Made by a program: the position numbers and the translations under genes. From positions 57,846,001-57,910,000 of the forward strand of contig NC_042999.1 in assembly GCF_006345805.1 (NCBI RefSeq): 64,000 bases of DNA. The letters are read 5' to 3'. Every line of letters begins with the position of its first letter. Position 1 is the stretch's first letter. This document shows positions 63,624 to 64,000 of the stretch, piece by piece. Source of the DNA: Octopus sinensis. Taxonomy: Eukaryota. The notes beneath the pieces are model-generated. The model saw only the letters and a list, made by a program, of their open reading frames with translations. It did no database searches and was not told the origin of the DNA.

Positions 63624-63891
63624 GATTGAATGCGAGATTCGATGCGAAGTGACAATACCACCAAGTTTACTCTATTTATAGCTGACAAGTAGGCTCACCG
63701 GACAAGGAACACCAAACAGTTTGGCGCGTTTTAATCTCATTGGTGGAAATTGACATAAGCAATAATCACATGATAATGGTGAGAAAAATAATTTTTACTA
63801 ACTGCTGGAGCCTATAGAAGCCTATATAAAGATAGATTTCCCACATAAGCTCACTGCACACTTATTTAAGCGATCTTCATTCTGTATAACT
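63624..63891. promoter_or_regulatory. Bidirectional H2B/H2A promoter (268 bp)
   Basis: TATAAATA on - at 63673-80; TATATAAA on + at 63823-30; CCAAT on - at 63739-43; TTTGGCGC at 63720-27. Confidence 0.8.
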
Positions 63892-64000
63892 ATGTCTGCG
63901 CGTGGAAAAGGAGGCAAAGTGAAAGGAAAGAGCAAGACTCGATCATCTCGTGCTGGACTTCAATTCCCTGTAGGCCGTATCCACCGTCTTCTCCGTAAAG
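63892..64000 (+). CDS. H2A: Histone H2A, 5' part (runs off the window)
   Basis: [36 protein letters not shown]. Confidence 0.97.
   Translation, partial: MSARGKGGKVKGKSKTRSSRAGLQFPVGRIHRLLRK

Overview
AT-rich, microsatellite-dense metazoan DNA. The SINE families and the divergent 28S fragment suggest an octopod cephalopod, but that is inference, not a database match. Most of the window is gene-poor and made of decayed transposons: CR1-like and RTE LINE remnants, several tRNA-derived SINE families, mariner, pogo, maT, hAT-Buster and piggyBac derivatives, Helitron/Helentron-type elements, a probable solo LTR and foldback MITEs. The host genes I can support are four identical tRNA-Gly(TCC) genes plus one decayed copy (15-32 kb) and a divergently transcribed histone H2B/H2A pair at the right edge; H2A is cut off by the window. 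There is also an orphan 5' fragment of 28S rRNA. Almost all other ORFs in the supplied track are microsatellite or low-complexity artefacts. The most notable observations are: (1) two minimal type I hammerhead ribozyme motifs in the same orientation about 230 nt apart at 49.7-50.0 kb, one with an intact core; (2) a 745-bp foldback element with an 8-bp TSD and outward-pointing (CCCTAA)n/(TTAGGG)n tracts; (3) a CR1-like LINE whose 3' end matches the tail of the dominant SINE; (4) head/tail module swapping and dimerisation among SINEs; (5) a position-conserved upstream motif at all five tRNA-Gly loci; (6) an H2A starting SARG instead of SGRG. All alignments and folds were done by eye; repeat boundaries are approximate unless a TSD/TIR is quoted.
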